From: Carcharhinus longimanus
Taxonomy: Eukaryota
Assembly (NCBI GenBank): GCA_030264375.1
Contig: JASCQW010000162.1
Location: forward strand, 23,718,854-23,776,462
Direction: 5' to 3'
Length of the DNA: 57,609 nucleotides
Shown: one piece after another, positions 22,634 to 33,271 of the stretch
Layout of the letters: each line of letters opens with the position of its first letter
Position numbering within the stretch: the stretch's first letter is position 1
The notes under the pieces: model-generated
The model's input: the letters and a program-made list of their open reading frames with translations, nothing else
The model's database searches: none
What the model was told of the DNA's origin: nothing
Program-made: the position numbers and the translations under genes

Positions 22634-22884
22634 GCAATGAGATATTTATATTGACCATCATGGTTTATAGATTTACTTGGAGAATCTGTAGAAGAATTTG
22701 CTTCAAAGGACCTCTCCAATAGAAATGCCTGCCAATTTAACCAAATCTGTAAATAATTTTACTTGGCTATAGTCACATTTGTGGGCCTGGATTTGCTCAA
22801 AATTCAGTACTATATAACTGCAAGAGAATATAACACAATGTAGATTTCAGCCTGCTCCTCTTTCTCACAATTAATTCAAATCAC

Positions 22885-23105
22885 CTTAAAATACTGTGTG
22901 AAGAGGATAGTAATGGACTTCAAGAGGACATAAACAGCCTGGTAGAAAATGCAGATACACAACAGGGAAAGTTTATTGCAGAACAGCATGAAATAATGCA
23001 TTTTGGTAGGAAGGAGAGGTACGATAAAATAAAGGGTACATGCAGTTCTAAATAGGTGCAGGAGCAGGGAGATCTTGAGGCATATGCGCACAAATTGTTG
23101 TAGGT
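22885..23105 (+). mobile_element. CR1 LINE ORF2 fragment
   Basis: CEEDSNGLQEDINSLVE..., atgcattttggtaggaag (MHFGRK) and gtgcaggagcagggagatcttgagg (VQEQ.DL). Confidence 0.85.
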
Positions 23106-23214
23106 GCCTTATACGCTGCCTTGGTAGTCAAGACCAACTGCAATGTCGCTATTTATGAATAAAATACTATCTAATATGTCTTAATAATCACTTATCCCAG
23201 CCTGCCCAGCTATC

Positions 23215-23490
23215 TTAAAAGAAATTTCCCAACTCGCTGGACCTGCTCAGTAAGAAGTGCCCAAAATCATGTGCCTTTCACTCCTGGGGTGTGGATGAGA
23301 ATTGGAGCCTGGCCTGCTGATCTTGGAAGTAGAGAGTAGGCAGTCACAGGGACGCGTGTGTGCCAGGAAGGACTGGTTAGAAGGTTCGCTATGATTTTTA
23401 TCAGTTATTTCAAAAACTTTTATACCTTCACTCCTTATACCCTCATTCCTCCGTGACACCTTCCTATGGCCCTTCAAACTCTCCATACCA
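23215..23490 (+). mobile_element. Non-autonomous DNA transposon remnant (Harbinger-like)
   Basis: gaaatttcccaactcgctggacctgctcagtaagaagt aligns with gaaatttcctgactctgcaaacctgcgtcagtaggaact at 35181; both are followed by C-rich tracts. Confidence 0.45.
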
Positions 23491-23524
23491 TCTGTGCTAA
23501 CTCATGCTCGACACGCCATCTGCC

Positions 23525-23640
23525 TGTTAACTGTCATCACCATCAACTGATGCATTCTCCATGGCAATACCTCTACTGATCAGAGCCCATTTGCCAACCA
23601 ATCAGAATTCTCTTCTCATACAGTAGAAATTTATTGATTC
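23525..23640 (+). mobile_element. Penelope pseudo-LTR fragment
   Basis: aactgatgcattctccatggcaatacctctactgatcagagcccatttgccaaccaatcagaattctcttctcatacagtagaaatt aligns with 17930-18020. Confidence 0.7.
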
Positions 23641-24519
23641 CAAGTTTTGACAAAATAAAGTTTTTTTTTCATCAGTACTCAAGTTCTGAAATACCAAATG
23701 ACTATTTGTAAAACACAAATTTTGGAGGCTGAAATTCCTCAACTGGTTCCCTGCTGTTAATGGAAGGTTGGTGGGCTCCTCTAGCAAATGGAATGGTTCT
23801 AATGTGCTCTGTTGTTTTCCGCATTTCCCATGGAACCTAATCAGGGAAGTGCAGAGGGAACTTCCGTAACCTATCTACCTGTACACCTGCATCAAATACT
23901 GTTTTTGGCTGGAGGGCAAAGCCTCTCTTTGTATTTTTTATCACTTGTAAACTTGCAGATTCTTGTGTCTAGGCAAATTCTGGTAAAAAGCAGTTGCTCT
24001 AATACTGTTAACTGACATGTAAGTGTCAATACAATTTCCTGCAAACAAAAATTTAGTAGTTCTTAAGCCAATGAAGCAATTTCCCATGAATTCACAAGAT
24101 TTTGCCTTCCTGAGTACTCGTTGTGAGATACCTTATCAAAGACTTTCTGAATAGGGAATAAATATTGGGACAATGGACTTTGTCCAAGGTTTCAAACACT
24201 CCATCAAGGAGAAGCTGTAAATTATATGTACTTCTTTCAATTTAATTTTCTGCTCACGATGTGACCATACGCAGGTTGGGTGACGCTTTATGAAACACCT
24301 TGTTTAGTCTATGAGCACAATCATGAGCTTTCTGTAGCTTATCAGTTTAATTCTGCACCTTGCTCTCATCTCTGCCAATTGTAATGTAGTTATTTAATTT
24401 CACTGCCAAATTTTGAATTCGATTTTGAATCTGTCCTTGGGTGTCTTTCAATGGGCTGTACATTCTTCATTAATTCTCTGGCTCTTAAACATGTTCTTCC
24501 CTCTCATGCCCATTGAAAG

Positions 24520-24537
24520 CTGTTCAGAAAGCCTGAG
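24520..24537 (+). CDS. Candidate 18-nt microexon CTGTTCAGAAAGCCTGAG
   Basis: About 128 nt free of AG (24390-24517), with pyrimidine tract and TGC before the first AG (24518-24519). Strong donor GAG|GTAAGG. Length divisible by 3. Confidence 0.45.
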
Positions 24538-25028
24538 GTAAGGAACAAAGTGGGTCAGCGAGTTGATGGAACCACTGATCAGAAGAGATGGAATGAAATT
24601 ATTGAGAGCAGAATTTCCTAGATACAGAACTTGGTTTACAGGAACTTTAAACACAGTCTTGCTGCAGCAACAAAGGACCTGCAACTTTCGAGAGGTTGGA
24701 AATGTCAGCGAAAGTAGAAACAAACCTATCAGTTTGCTGAAGGAAGGAACTGACTGATGCAAAACAAAGAAAGTGGAAAGGAAGTGTGGCTTTCCTTCCT
24801 TTTGCATGTAGTACTAAGATGATTTTTAAAAAATAGTATTTACCCACCAAATCACAAAATGTATATTTAAAAGTTACAAATTCAAACGATCATTTCAAAA
24901 CTTTTGACAATGTAACTAAATTGTTAGCCTAGAATATGCTCAAGTGTTGGATGGTTTAACCTCACACTCGTGACTTAGTGCTATCAACTATAGTCAAAGG
25001 GACAACTGCAATGGCACGTGAGACCTAG

Positions 25029-25116
25029 AAGGTAAAATTTAATTTCAATGGAGGCGCACTAATGGTGGAGTGGATCGGCAATCCAGTTAGTGCCATTTCT
25101 GAAGTTATTTTACCTT
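25029..25116. repeat. Miniature foldback element (degenerate MITE-like hairpin)
   Basis: Nested complementary blocks aaggtaaaa/ttttacctt, taatttca/tgaagtta and gcactaa/ttagtgc. Confidence 0.6.
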
Positions 25117-25611
25117 GTGGTCATTGCAGCACACACACACAGCTCCAGTAGTTTGTGGTCTGAGGCGGCAGTAAGAACCAATCAATAACCTGGTTTAATA
25201 AGCTCGGAATCCTTTCTGATGAGGCATATGTTGGATCTTGTTATGTACAGTTAAGAAACGAGGAAGAAATTGCCAATGTTAATAGCTGAGGTTAGATTGG
25301 TAAACTATAGATTATCATTCTTGACTTGCAGTCCTACATTGCGTGNNNNNNNNNNNNNNNNNNNNNNNNNNNNNNNNNNNNNNNNNNNNNNNNNNNNNNA
25401 GTCAAGACTGGGCTGCTCGTCATTACAACTCCTTTCTGATTCTTAATACCTCAGTAAGTGAATCATAACTGAAAGATGGTATTCTACGTTAAAGGTAGGT
25501 GACAAGAAAGCAGCCTGTTTGCCTTGTGGAATCCTGCCATCTACTGGATGATTACAAAATGAACTGCAAGGGGCTTTGTATGCTTGAAACTTGAGAAGCG
25601 GCCAATGACTG

Positions 25612-25680
25612 TTTTCAGTCATGGGATGTGGGTGTTGCTGGCAAGGCCAGCGTTTATTGCCCATCACTAATTGCCCTTAA
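25612..25680 (-). mobile_element. SINE-B/partner LINE 3' tail only
   Basis: tcatgggatgtgggtgttgctggcaaggccagcgtttattgcccatcactaattgccctt; further tail fragments at about 48065-48115 and 54290-54340. Confidence 0.8.
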
Positions 25681-26759
25681 AGTGCTTCGGGGCCAGAAGA
25701 AAATTAACTGGGGGCTGAGAAAATAACTAGTAAAAGGGGGATAACTGTGGAAAATAGAGGGAAAAAAACCCAGCTGGGAATGGGAAGATGGATAAGAACC
25801 CACAGTGGTATGAAGTAGCAGCTAACAAGTTTCCTTAAGTAAAACATTGAAAAGAATTGGGTGGTAACAATATTCTTATTTTAGTTCAGATTTATTAAAT
25901 TTAAATTTAAATATCATTCTTGCTAACAATATTGAGTGGATATTCAAAGCTTCTGTTTGACTAAACTTGAGACACTATATGCATTGTGCAGTGCTTCACC
26001 TTAATAATGAATTAGTTGCCTAGCTTTCAAAGAAAAATGCCTCTGTATGAAGTACCTGCACGGTCCTTACTGATGGGAAAGAATTGTGAAGGCTGGCTCA
26101 CTTGATCTTTTTTTGCAACAAATGTACGGACTGATACACAATATTGCACCAAGCCCATCTTTGGCCCCATTAATCAATTTCCTCCTCACCTGAAAGTTGG
26201 GTGCAGCAAAAGAGGTAGGTTGCAAACAAAAAGTCAAATTTTCTGGTTATACTGGAGATCCATCCCCTGTTTTCATTTTCTGTACAATAGTTTCAAGGTC
26301 ATTCTGATCTTTAAAATCCCAGTACCCTGCACCCCACCATCCCTGCAAAACTAAAGATGGAGACTGTGGGCTAGATTGGCATGATTTTGATATTGAGACT
26401 GATTAGTTTTGTAACTTGGATTCTCCACACACTATAGAATATTAAAAACTATAGATTTCATTATTGATTTTGCTGCTGCTCAATATGGCCTTGTTATCAC
26501 CTCCTCCTTCCCACCCCAATCAGCTCAATTAAGCCCCGGTTATTTTTTCCACTGCCTGCACAGTATGTGTACTTGTGTTGTCTTCAACTGGGTTTTTGAA
26601 AATATTCTGTCTTCCCCTCAGATTTCCCCACCAGCTGATGGGTTTTTTCCCTTGCAGGTATACTGACACCAATTAATCCCTGCATTTATTTATTATCATC
26701 GTGTAGCTTTGCTCCTGTCCCTTCCTCCTCTACTTTTTTTTCTCATTCCTTTTTCTTAG

Positions 26760-26802
26760 GAATGGCCGAGGAACAAGCTCCTGATACTAATGCAGAGACC
26801 AG
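26760..26802 (+). CDS. Candidate 43-nt exon
   Basis: 51-nt pyrimidine tract ending ttttcttag|G and donor CAG|GTGGGA. Purine-rich exon body. Frames give (G)MAEEQAPDTNAET, EWPRNKLLILMQRP or NGRGTSS*. Confidence 0.5.
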
Positions 26803-27599
26803 GTGGGAGTGGGTCTGAACAAAATGCTAGAATGCATTTGGATTGAATATGGTTCAATGGAAGCTTTTTAGCGGAATTTGTTTGGGAAGAAAATTGAAAT
26901 TGGGATAAAGGTTTTACACAATATAATTGAGAAATCATGAAAATAATAAAATGTTTAATAGAAAGCAGCCATTGAGAAAGAAGAAAATTGATGCAGTTGA
27001 CATGCGATCTTAACAATCCTCTCTCCCTTCATTCTCTGCCCTTTCCCCATACCCTCTTCTCCTCCTCTTCCCAAACCCCTAAATTCTCTCTCTCTTCTCT
27101 ACACTCTCCAGCTTCCCTAGCTCTTCAATCCTCCTTTCTCCTCTGTAAAGGTGACAGATGCACAATGTTTATAACAAAGATTGCACACATCTGTGTAATT
27201 TTGTATTATGTAATAAAATTCTGAATTGTTAAATTTATCTTTACTTTCCAAATGCAAGCAGCCCTTGTCTTGATGAGCTTGGTGAGAGAATACCACCAAG
27301 GAAGCTTTATAAACTGTAAACTTAGTTGCTGCATTGTTGATGGTCTCTGTGACTCCTTCTGTCACATTCTGCTGCCAGATGCTTAACATGAGAGTTATGA
27401 AGAGGCCTTTTTCTGGCCACTGTCAGTTGCTTTTTTTTAAAATCTTGGTTTCAGGTTATAAAATGTTGGTGAGGTGTTTTCAGTTTTTATTTAGAATCGT
27501 CTGAGAAATTAACTTCTGCTGACAACAGCACATAATAGGAATGCTGTAGAGATGTACAATAAACTGCAAAGGAAACCTGAAAATAAGAACCAGAAGTGC

Positions 27600-28445
27600 A
27601 AAACATACAGGTCGGTGACATTTGAAAAGGGAAACAGACAGATGGTGGAGAGAGAAAAGGAGAGATAGTGGGGAAGCGGAAAGGACCAAGGTGAAAAATG
27701 GAAGAAGAGTGATTAGAGAAGTGGAATATTGAAGCAAGGAGATTTCAGAAAAAGTGAAAGGGAGGGGTGCAGAAGTGAGAAATGAGAATTAAAGCAATGA
27801 GGAAGACAGAGAATGTACAGAAGAGGGAAAGGGGAGAATTTGGGGGAAATGGGGAGAAGAGAAAGTAGGAGAGTGCAGAGGATGAACTGAGTGAGGATTG
27901 GTAGGAAGAGCATGAGGGGAAAATGGTTGTACAGAGATGTGAAAACAGATGGAAAAGGGAGGGGAAGGGAAGGTGTGGAAGAGAAGAGAACAGAAAGTTG
28001 ATGGGAGAGCGGAGGAAAAGATATAATCAGAAAAAGAGAGAGATGATGGATATAGGACAAGAGTTTGTAGCTTGGATGAAGGAAAGGAGAGAAGTAAAAG
28101 GATCAATGAAGGATAAAATGGTACCTAGGTACAGGGAGAGATTGAAAGTGGGAGGATGGGGAACTAGGAGAAGGAAAAGGTGGTGATGAAGGCGAGGGGA
28201 AAACAGACCGCTACAGAAAGGAAAAGTGGAGGGTTGAATAGAAAGGAGTAGGAATGGGGAAGAGGGAACGTTAATAAGTGGATAGATTAAAGAGGAGGTG
28301 GGGTGAAGGGAAAGGCTGAGGAGAGGGGGATGGGAATTAGGAACTGTGGAGAAGAGATGGGAAAGGTGAATAGCAGAGAACAGAGAGGGAGAGCAAGCAG
28401 AAGTAAGGTGTCAGGGGTAAGAAAGGAAGCAGCAGTGAGGAGGGT
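27600..28445 (+). repeat. Purine-rich (GA) low-complexity tract, about 850 nt
   Basis: Overwhelmingly G/A on the + strand with no fixed period; it generates the spurious L/S/P/F-rich and R/K/E/G-rich ORFs. Confidence 0.9.
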
Positions 28446-28772
28446 TTTGCTGATTGGCAAACTAAACTTTATTTCTGTCATTTCCTAGTGTCATCAGAGC
28501 ATAAGAAATAGGCACAGGAGTAGGGCATTCGACCCAGTAGCCTGCTCTGTCATTCAACACGGTGATGGCTGATCTTGAGGCCATCACTCCATTTTCTTGC
28601 CCTCCGGCCCCCATAAACCTTGACTCACTTGTAGATCAAAAATCTCTCTGACTCAGCCTTGAATATATTCAATGACCCAGCCCCCACTGTTCATTGGGAA
28701 GATAATTCTCAAGGCAAACATTTCCTTGAGAGAAGAAATTCCTCCGCATCTGTCTTAAATGGGAGATACCTT

Positions 28773-28866
28773 GGGTGGGATTTTATGCTTGAGTGAGATC
28801 GTAAAATTCCACCCAACACAAATGGAGATTTCTGTCCTGGGAAGTGGCTGAAGGTTTTTGGCTTTT
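28773..28866. mobile_element. Short Harbinger-like terminal remnant inserted in CR1
   Basis: ttgggtgggatttta...taaaattccacccaa (15-bp inverted repeat, 1 mismatch) separates the CR1 text gggagatacctt | atttttaaactgtgcccc. Confidence 0.6.
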
Positions 28867-29385
28867 ATTTTTAAACTGTGCCCCCAGTTCTAAATTCTGC
28901 CACAAGGAGAAACATCCTCTCTCAAACTACCCTGTCAAACTTCCTCAGAATGATATACGTTTCACTATGGTCACCTCTCATTCTTCTAAACTACAATGAG
29001 TGCAGACCCAACCTGCTCAACCTATCCTGATAACACAATCCCATCATCTTGCAGGCACCAGCCTACTGAACATTCTCTGAACTGCTTCTAGTGCAAGTAT
29101 ATCCCTCAAGTAAGGAGACTAAAGTTGTACATAGTATTCTAGGAGCAGTTTTACCAATGCTACAGTTGTAACAAGAGTGCCCACTTTAAGCTGCATTCCC
29201 CTTGGAATAAACAGTGTTATTATATTTATCTTTCTAATTCCTTGCTGTACCTGTTTTTTGTCATTCATGTACAAGCCCATGCAGCACCCTTTGTCCTGCA
29301 GCATTCTCAGTCTCTCTCCATTTAAATAATATTCTGTTTTCTATTTCTTGCAAAGTGAACAACCTCCCATTTTACCACATAATAC

Positions 29386-29728
29386 AGGCTTTATTCAGAA
29401 AGACTGTTCCCAATGGTGGGGGAGTCCAGAACTAGGAGTCATAGTTTGAAGCTAAGCAGTAAACCTTTTTGAATTGAGGTGAGGAAAAATTTCTTCATCC
29501 AGAGGATGGTAAATGTGTGGAATTCACTACCACAGAATGTGGTTGAGGCCAAAACATTGTCTGATTTCAAGAAGAAATTAGACATAGCTCTAGGAGCTAA
29601 AGGGATCAAGGGATAAGGGAGGAAGGGGGGGATCAGGATATTGAATTTGATGATCAGCCATGATCAAAATGAACGGCAAAGCAGGCTTGAAGAGCCAAAT
29701 AGCCTACTCCTGCTTCTAATTTCTATTA
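29386..29728 (+). mobile_element. Younger CR1 3' end inserted in opposite orientation
   Basis: ggggagtccagaactaggagtcatag...ttcttcatccagagg..gtggaattcactaccacag...gatcagccatgatcaaaatgaacggcaaagcaggcttgaagagccaaatagcctactcctgcttcta. Confidence 0.92.
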
Positions 29729-30451
29729 TAACTGTCTGCCTTTTTTAACCCACTCACTGGCTTTATCCTTTTGTAGACTTTGTATCCTTTTCATAACTTG
29801 CTTTCCTACCTGCCACTGTATTGTCAGCAATACAGTTGGTCCCTTCATCCAAGTCATTAATTCTTTTACGCATGTGCAGAGTCATTAATATAGATTGTAA
29901 ATAGAAGGCTCCATATGGCACTTCACTGGGTGCAGTTTACCTACCTGAAAATGACCCATTTATCCCGACTGCTTTCTGTTAGTTAGCTAAATATCTGTCT
30001 GTGCTAATATATCACCATTAACACCATGAGCTGTTATTTATTGAAAGTAATCTTTTATGTGGGATCCTATTGAATGCCTTTTTCAAATCCAAATATACTG
30101 TATCTACTGCACCCCTTTATCTTATCCTGCGTCTTACATCCTCAAAGAGCTCTAAAACACATCCAATGTTTCTACTAATATGAATTTCATATCGAATTGG
30201 ACATTCAGATTAAATTTTAACTCTCAAAATGAATGCATTGGGGTTGCAGTGAAAATGCAACAGATCGAAAACTGAAACAATTCATCCACTTCCAGTTTTA
30301 ATGAACCAGGGTTAAAGGATGGGAGACCAATCTACTCGTCAGAGAAAGTAGATTGGCTGATTAAATATTATAATGAGGCTGTGTGCTTTCATTTCACAGA
30401 ATCACCAGAAGTGTTACAATGTAGAAAGAGGTCATTTGGCCTACAATGTTT

Positions 30452-30900
30452 TTTGATTTGATTTATTATTATCACATGTATTAGCATACAGCGAAAAGTA
30501 TTGTTTCTTGTGTGCCGTACAGACAAAGCATACAGTTCATAGAGAAAGAAATGAGAGAGCAGAATGTAATGTTACAGTCATAGCTAGGTTGTAGAGAAAG
30601 ATCAACTTAATGCAAGTAGGTCCATTCAAAAGTCTGACAGCAGCAGGGAAGAAGCTGTTCTTGAGTCGCTACATGACCTCAGACTTTTGTATCTTTTTTC
30701 CGATGGAAGAAAGTAGAAGAGAGTATGTCAGGGTTATGCTGACTGCTTTGCCAAGGCAGCGGGAAGTGTAGATAGAGGCAGTTGATGGGAGGCTGGTTTG
30801 CATGATGGATTGGGCTACGTTCACGACCTTTTGTATTTTCTTGCGGATATGGCAGGAGCCATACCAAGCTGTGATACAACCAGAAAGAATGCTTTCATGT
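30452..30900 (-). mobile_element. Rex1/Babar-clade LINE 3' end
   Basis: Minus ORF ESILSGCITAWYGSC..RKKIQKVVNVAQSI.QTSLPS..SIYTSRCLGKA; aagaacagcttcttccc (NSFFP); tail ending aataaatcaaatcaaa. Confidence 0.88.
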
Positions 30901-31873
30901 GTCTCTTGGCTCTCCAAGTGAGTATTCGGTCATTCTCCTGCCTTCTCCGGATACCTTTGTACATTGTTTCCCTTCAGATAATCTTTTAATGCCCTCTTGA
31001 ATGCCTCAATTCAACTTGCCTCCACTGCACTTCCAGGCTGTGCATTCCATACCTGAACCACTCAGTGTGAATAACATTTTTCTCACATCGCATTTGTTTC
31101 TTTTGCAAATCACTTTAATTTGGTGCCCTCGTGTTCTCAATCCTTTTATGAATGGGAACAGTTTCTCCCTTTCTACTCTGTCCAGCTGTCTTAACGATTT
31201 TGAACACCTTCATCTTAGCAGTCTTCTTTCCAAGGAGAAGAGTTCCAATGTCTCCAATCTATCCTCATGTTTCTCATCCCTGGAATCATTCCTGTAATCA
31301 TCACCTGCATTCTCTCCAATATGTTCGCATCCTTCCCATAGTGCAGTGCCCAGAACTATAGGCACTCCTCCAGCTAAGGTCAGACTAGTGTCTTGTATAA
31401 GTCCAGTATAACCTCATTGCTTTTGTACTCTGTGCCTATTAATAAAGCCTGACTAGTGTAAACTTTTTTTTAATTGCCCTCTCCTTCCACCTTTGATGAT
31501 CTATGCACATATACATCCAGATCCCTTTCTTTCTGCACTCTTACAAATTGTATCCCTGATTTTCTATTGTTTGTCCATGTTCTTCCTACCAAAACACATT
31601 ATCTTGCACTTCTCTACATTGAGCTTCATGAACCACCTATAAGCTCATTCCACCTTCTGGAACTCTACGCTGCTCACTTCCCAGTTTACAATTTTTCCAA
31701 GTTTCTTTCCATCGCAAGCTTTGAAAGCATCCCTGCATACCAAGATCTAGATTATTGATATATATGAGGAAAACCAAAGGTCACAATTCCAATCCCTGGA
31801 GAACTCCACTACAAACCTTCCTGCAGCCTGAAAATTATCCATTGCTCTCATTTCCTATTACTCGGCCAATTTT

Positions 31874-32192
31874 AGAATCATAGAAACTCTACAGTACAGA
31901 AAGAGCGAGTCTACACTGACCACAATCCCACCCAGGGCCTACCCCCATATCTCTACATATTTACCCACTAATCCCTCTAACCTACACATCTCAGGATACT
32001 AAGGGCATTTTTTNNNNNNNNNNNNNNNNNNNNNNNNNNNNNNNNNNNNNNNNNNNNNNNNNNNNNNNNNNNNNNNNNNNNNNNNNNNNNNNNNNNNNNN
32101 NNNNNNNNNNNNNCAGTGACCCAAGCCAGGAATCGAACCCAGGTCCCTGGAACTGTGAAGCAGCAGTGCTAACCACTGTGCTACCATGCCGC
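31874..32192 (-). mobile_element. HE1 SINE, full length (gap inside), with target-site duplication
   Basis: B-box ggaatcgaaccc, head ccactgtgctaccatgccgcc, tail agaatcatagaaac. gccaatttt is repeated at 31865-31873 and 32191-32199. Confidence 0.93.
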
Positions 32193-33110
32193 CAATTTTG
32201 TATTCACATTGCTACTGTCCTTTTCATTCCATGAACTATAACGTTTTTTACAAGTCTGTTGTGTGGCTCTGTATCAGATGCCTTTTGAAAGTACGTGTAC
32301 TTTCAACATTACCCTCGTCGAGTCTTTCTGTTAGTCTTCTAAAAATTCCAGCAAGTTAATTAAACATGATTCCCCTTTTAGGAATCGATGCTGTCTCTTT
32401 CTAATCTTAGCCACGTTTTTCCATATGACTACTAATTCTAACCAAAATAATTGTTTCTAAAAGCTTCCCCACCACTGGAGTTATACTAACTGGTCTGTAA
32501 TTGCTGGATTTATCTATACAACCTTTTTTGAACAAGGGCATAATATTTGCAATTCTCCATCTTCTGGCATCTTCCCTGAATCTAGGGAAAACTAAAAGAT
32601 AATAACTGGTGCCCCTACAATTTATCCCTTCTCTTCCTTCAATATCCTTGGATACATCTCTTCCAGCCCTGGTGCCTTGTCAACATCAGTTTGTCAGCCT
32701 GACAAACACTTCTCCCATATCAATCCTTCTAGTGACAGAGTTTCTTTCACTATCATCACGCCTGGGTAGCATCTATTTCCTTGGTAAAGATGGATGTGAA
32801 ATATTCATTTAATACCTCAGTCATGCCTTCTGCCTCCACATGTAATCGGCCTTGCTAATTCCTTTGCCACCATATTGCTATTTATATGCCTACAGAAGAC
32901 TGAGATTTCCCTTTGTTTTGGCTTTTCTCATAATCCCTCTCCTCTTCCTTTAATGTTTTTTCACTTCCCCTCTGAACCTTCTAAATTTCTCTTGGTTCTC
33001 AATTGTATTTTCCACTTGACACTTGTATTAAGCATACTTTTTCTTCTTTATCTTCATGTCTCCTTTTTCATCCAAGATGCTTTGGATTTGTTTGCCTTAC
33101 CTTTCCCTTT

Positions 33111-33271
33111 TGTGTGTGGGTTAGGTTGATTGGCCATGCTAAATTGCCCCTTAGTGGCAGGGGATTAGCAAGGTAAAACGTGGGGTTACAGGGTTAGGGC
33201 CTGGGTGGGATTGTTGTCAGTGCAGGCTCAATGGGCCAAATGGCCATCTTCTGTATTGTAGGTGTTCTATA
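33111..33271 (+). mobile_element. HE1 SINE 3' half
   Basis: ggttaggttgattggccatgctaaattgccccttagtg...gggcctgggtgggattgttgtcagtgcaggctcaatgggccaaatggcc. Confidence 0.9.

Larger units (their letters stand above)
28497..30155 (-). mobile_element. CR1/HER1 LINE 3' portion, interrupted twice
   Basis: 3' tail cataagaaataggcacaggagtagggcattcgaccc; ORF remnants ALVKLLLEYYVQL and gaatgcctttttcaaatccaaata (YLD..KAF on the minus strand). Insertions at 28773-28866 and 29386-29728. Confidence 0.9.

Noticed and set aside
13638-26802. Assigning a gene symbol to the candidate exons
   Set aside because: Resemblance to TGN38, ATG9A and PEX5L is limited to short YxxL motifs and does not show orthology.
27713-28488. 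Overlapping low-complexity ORFs
   Set aside because: Artefacts of the purine-rich tract, which has few stop codons.
30327-30356. 10-bp hairpin ccaatctact/agtagattgg as a terminator or ncRNA
   Set aside because: Short, within probable repeat debris, and intrinsic terminators do not apply to this DNA.
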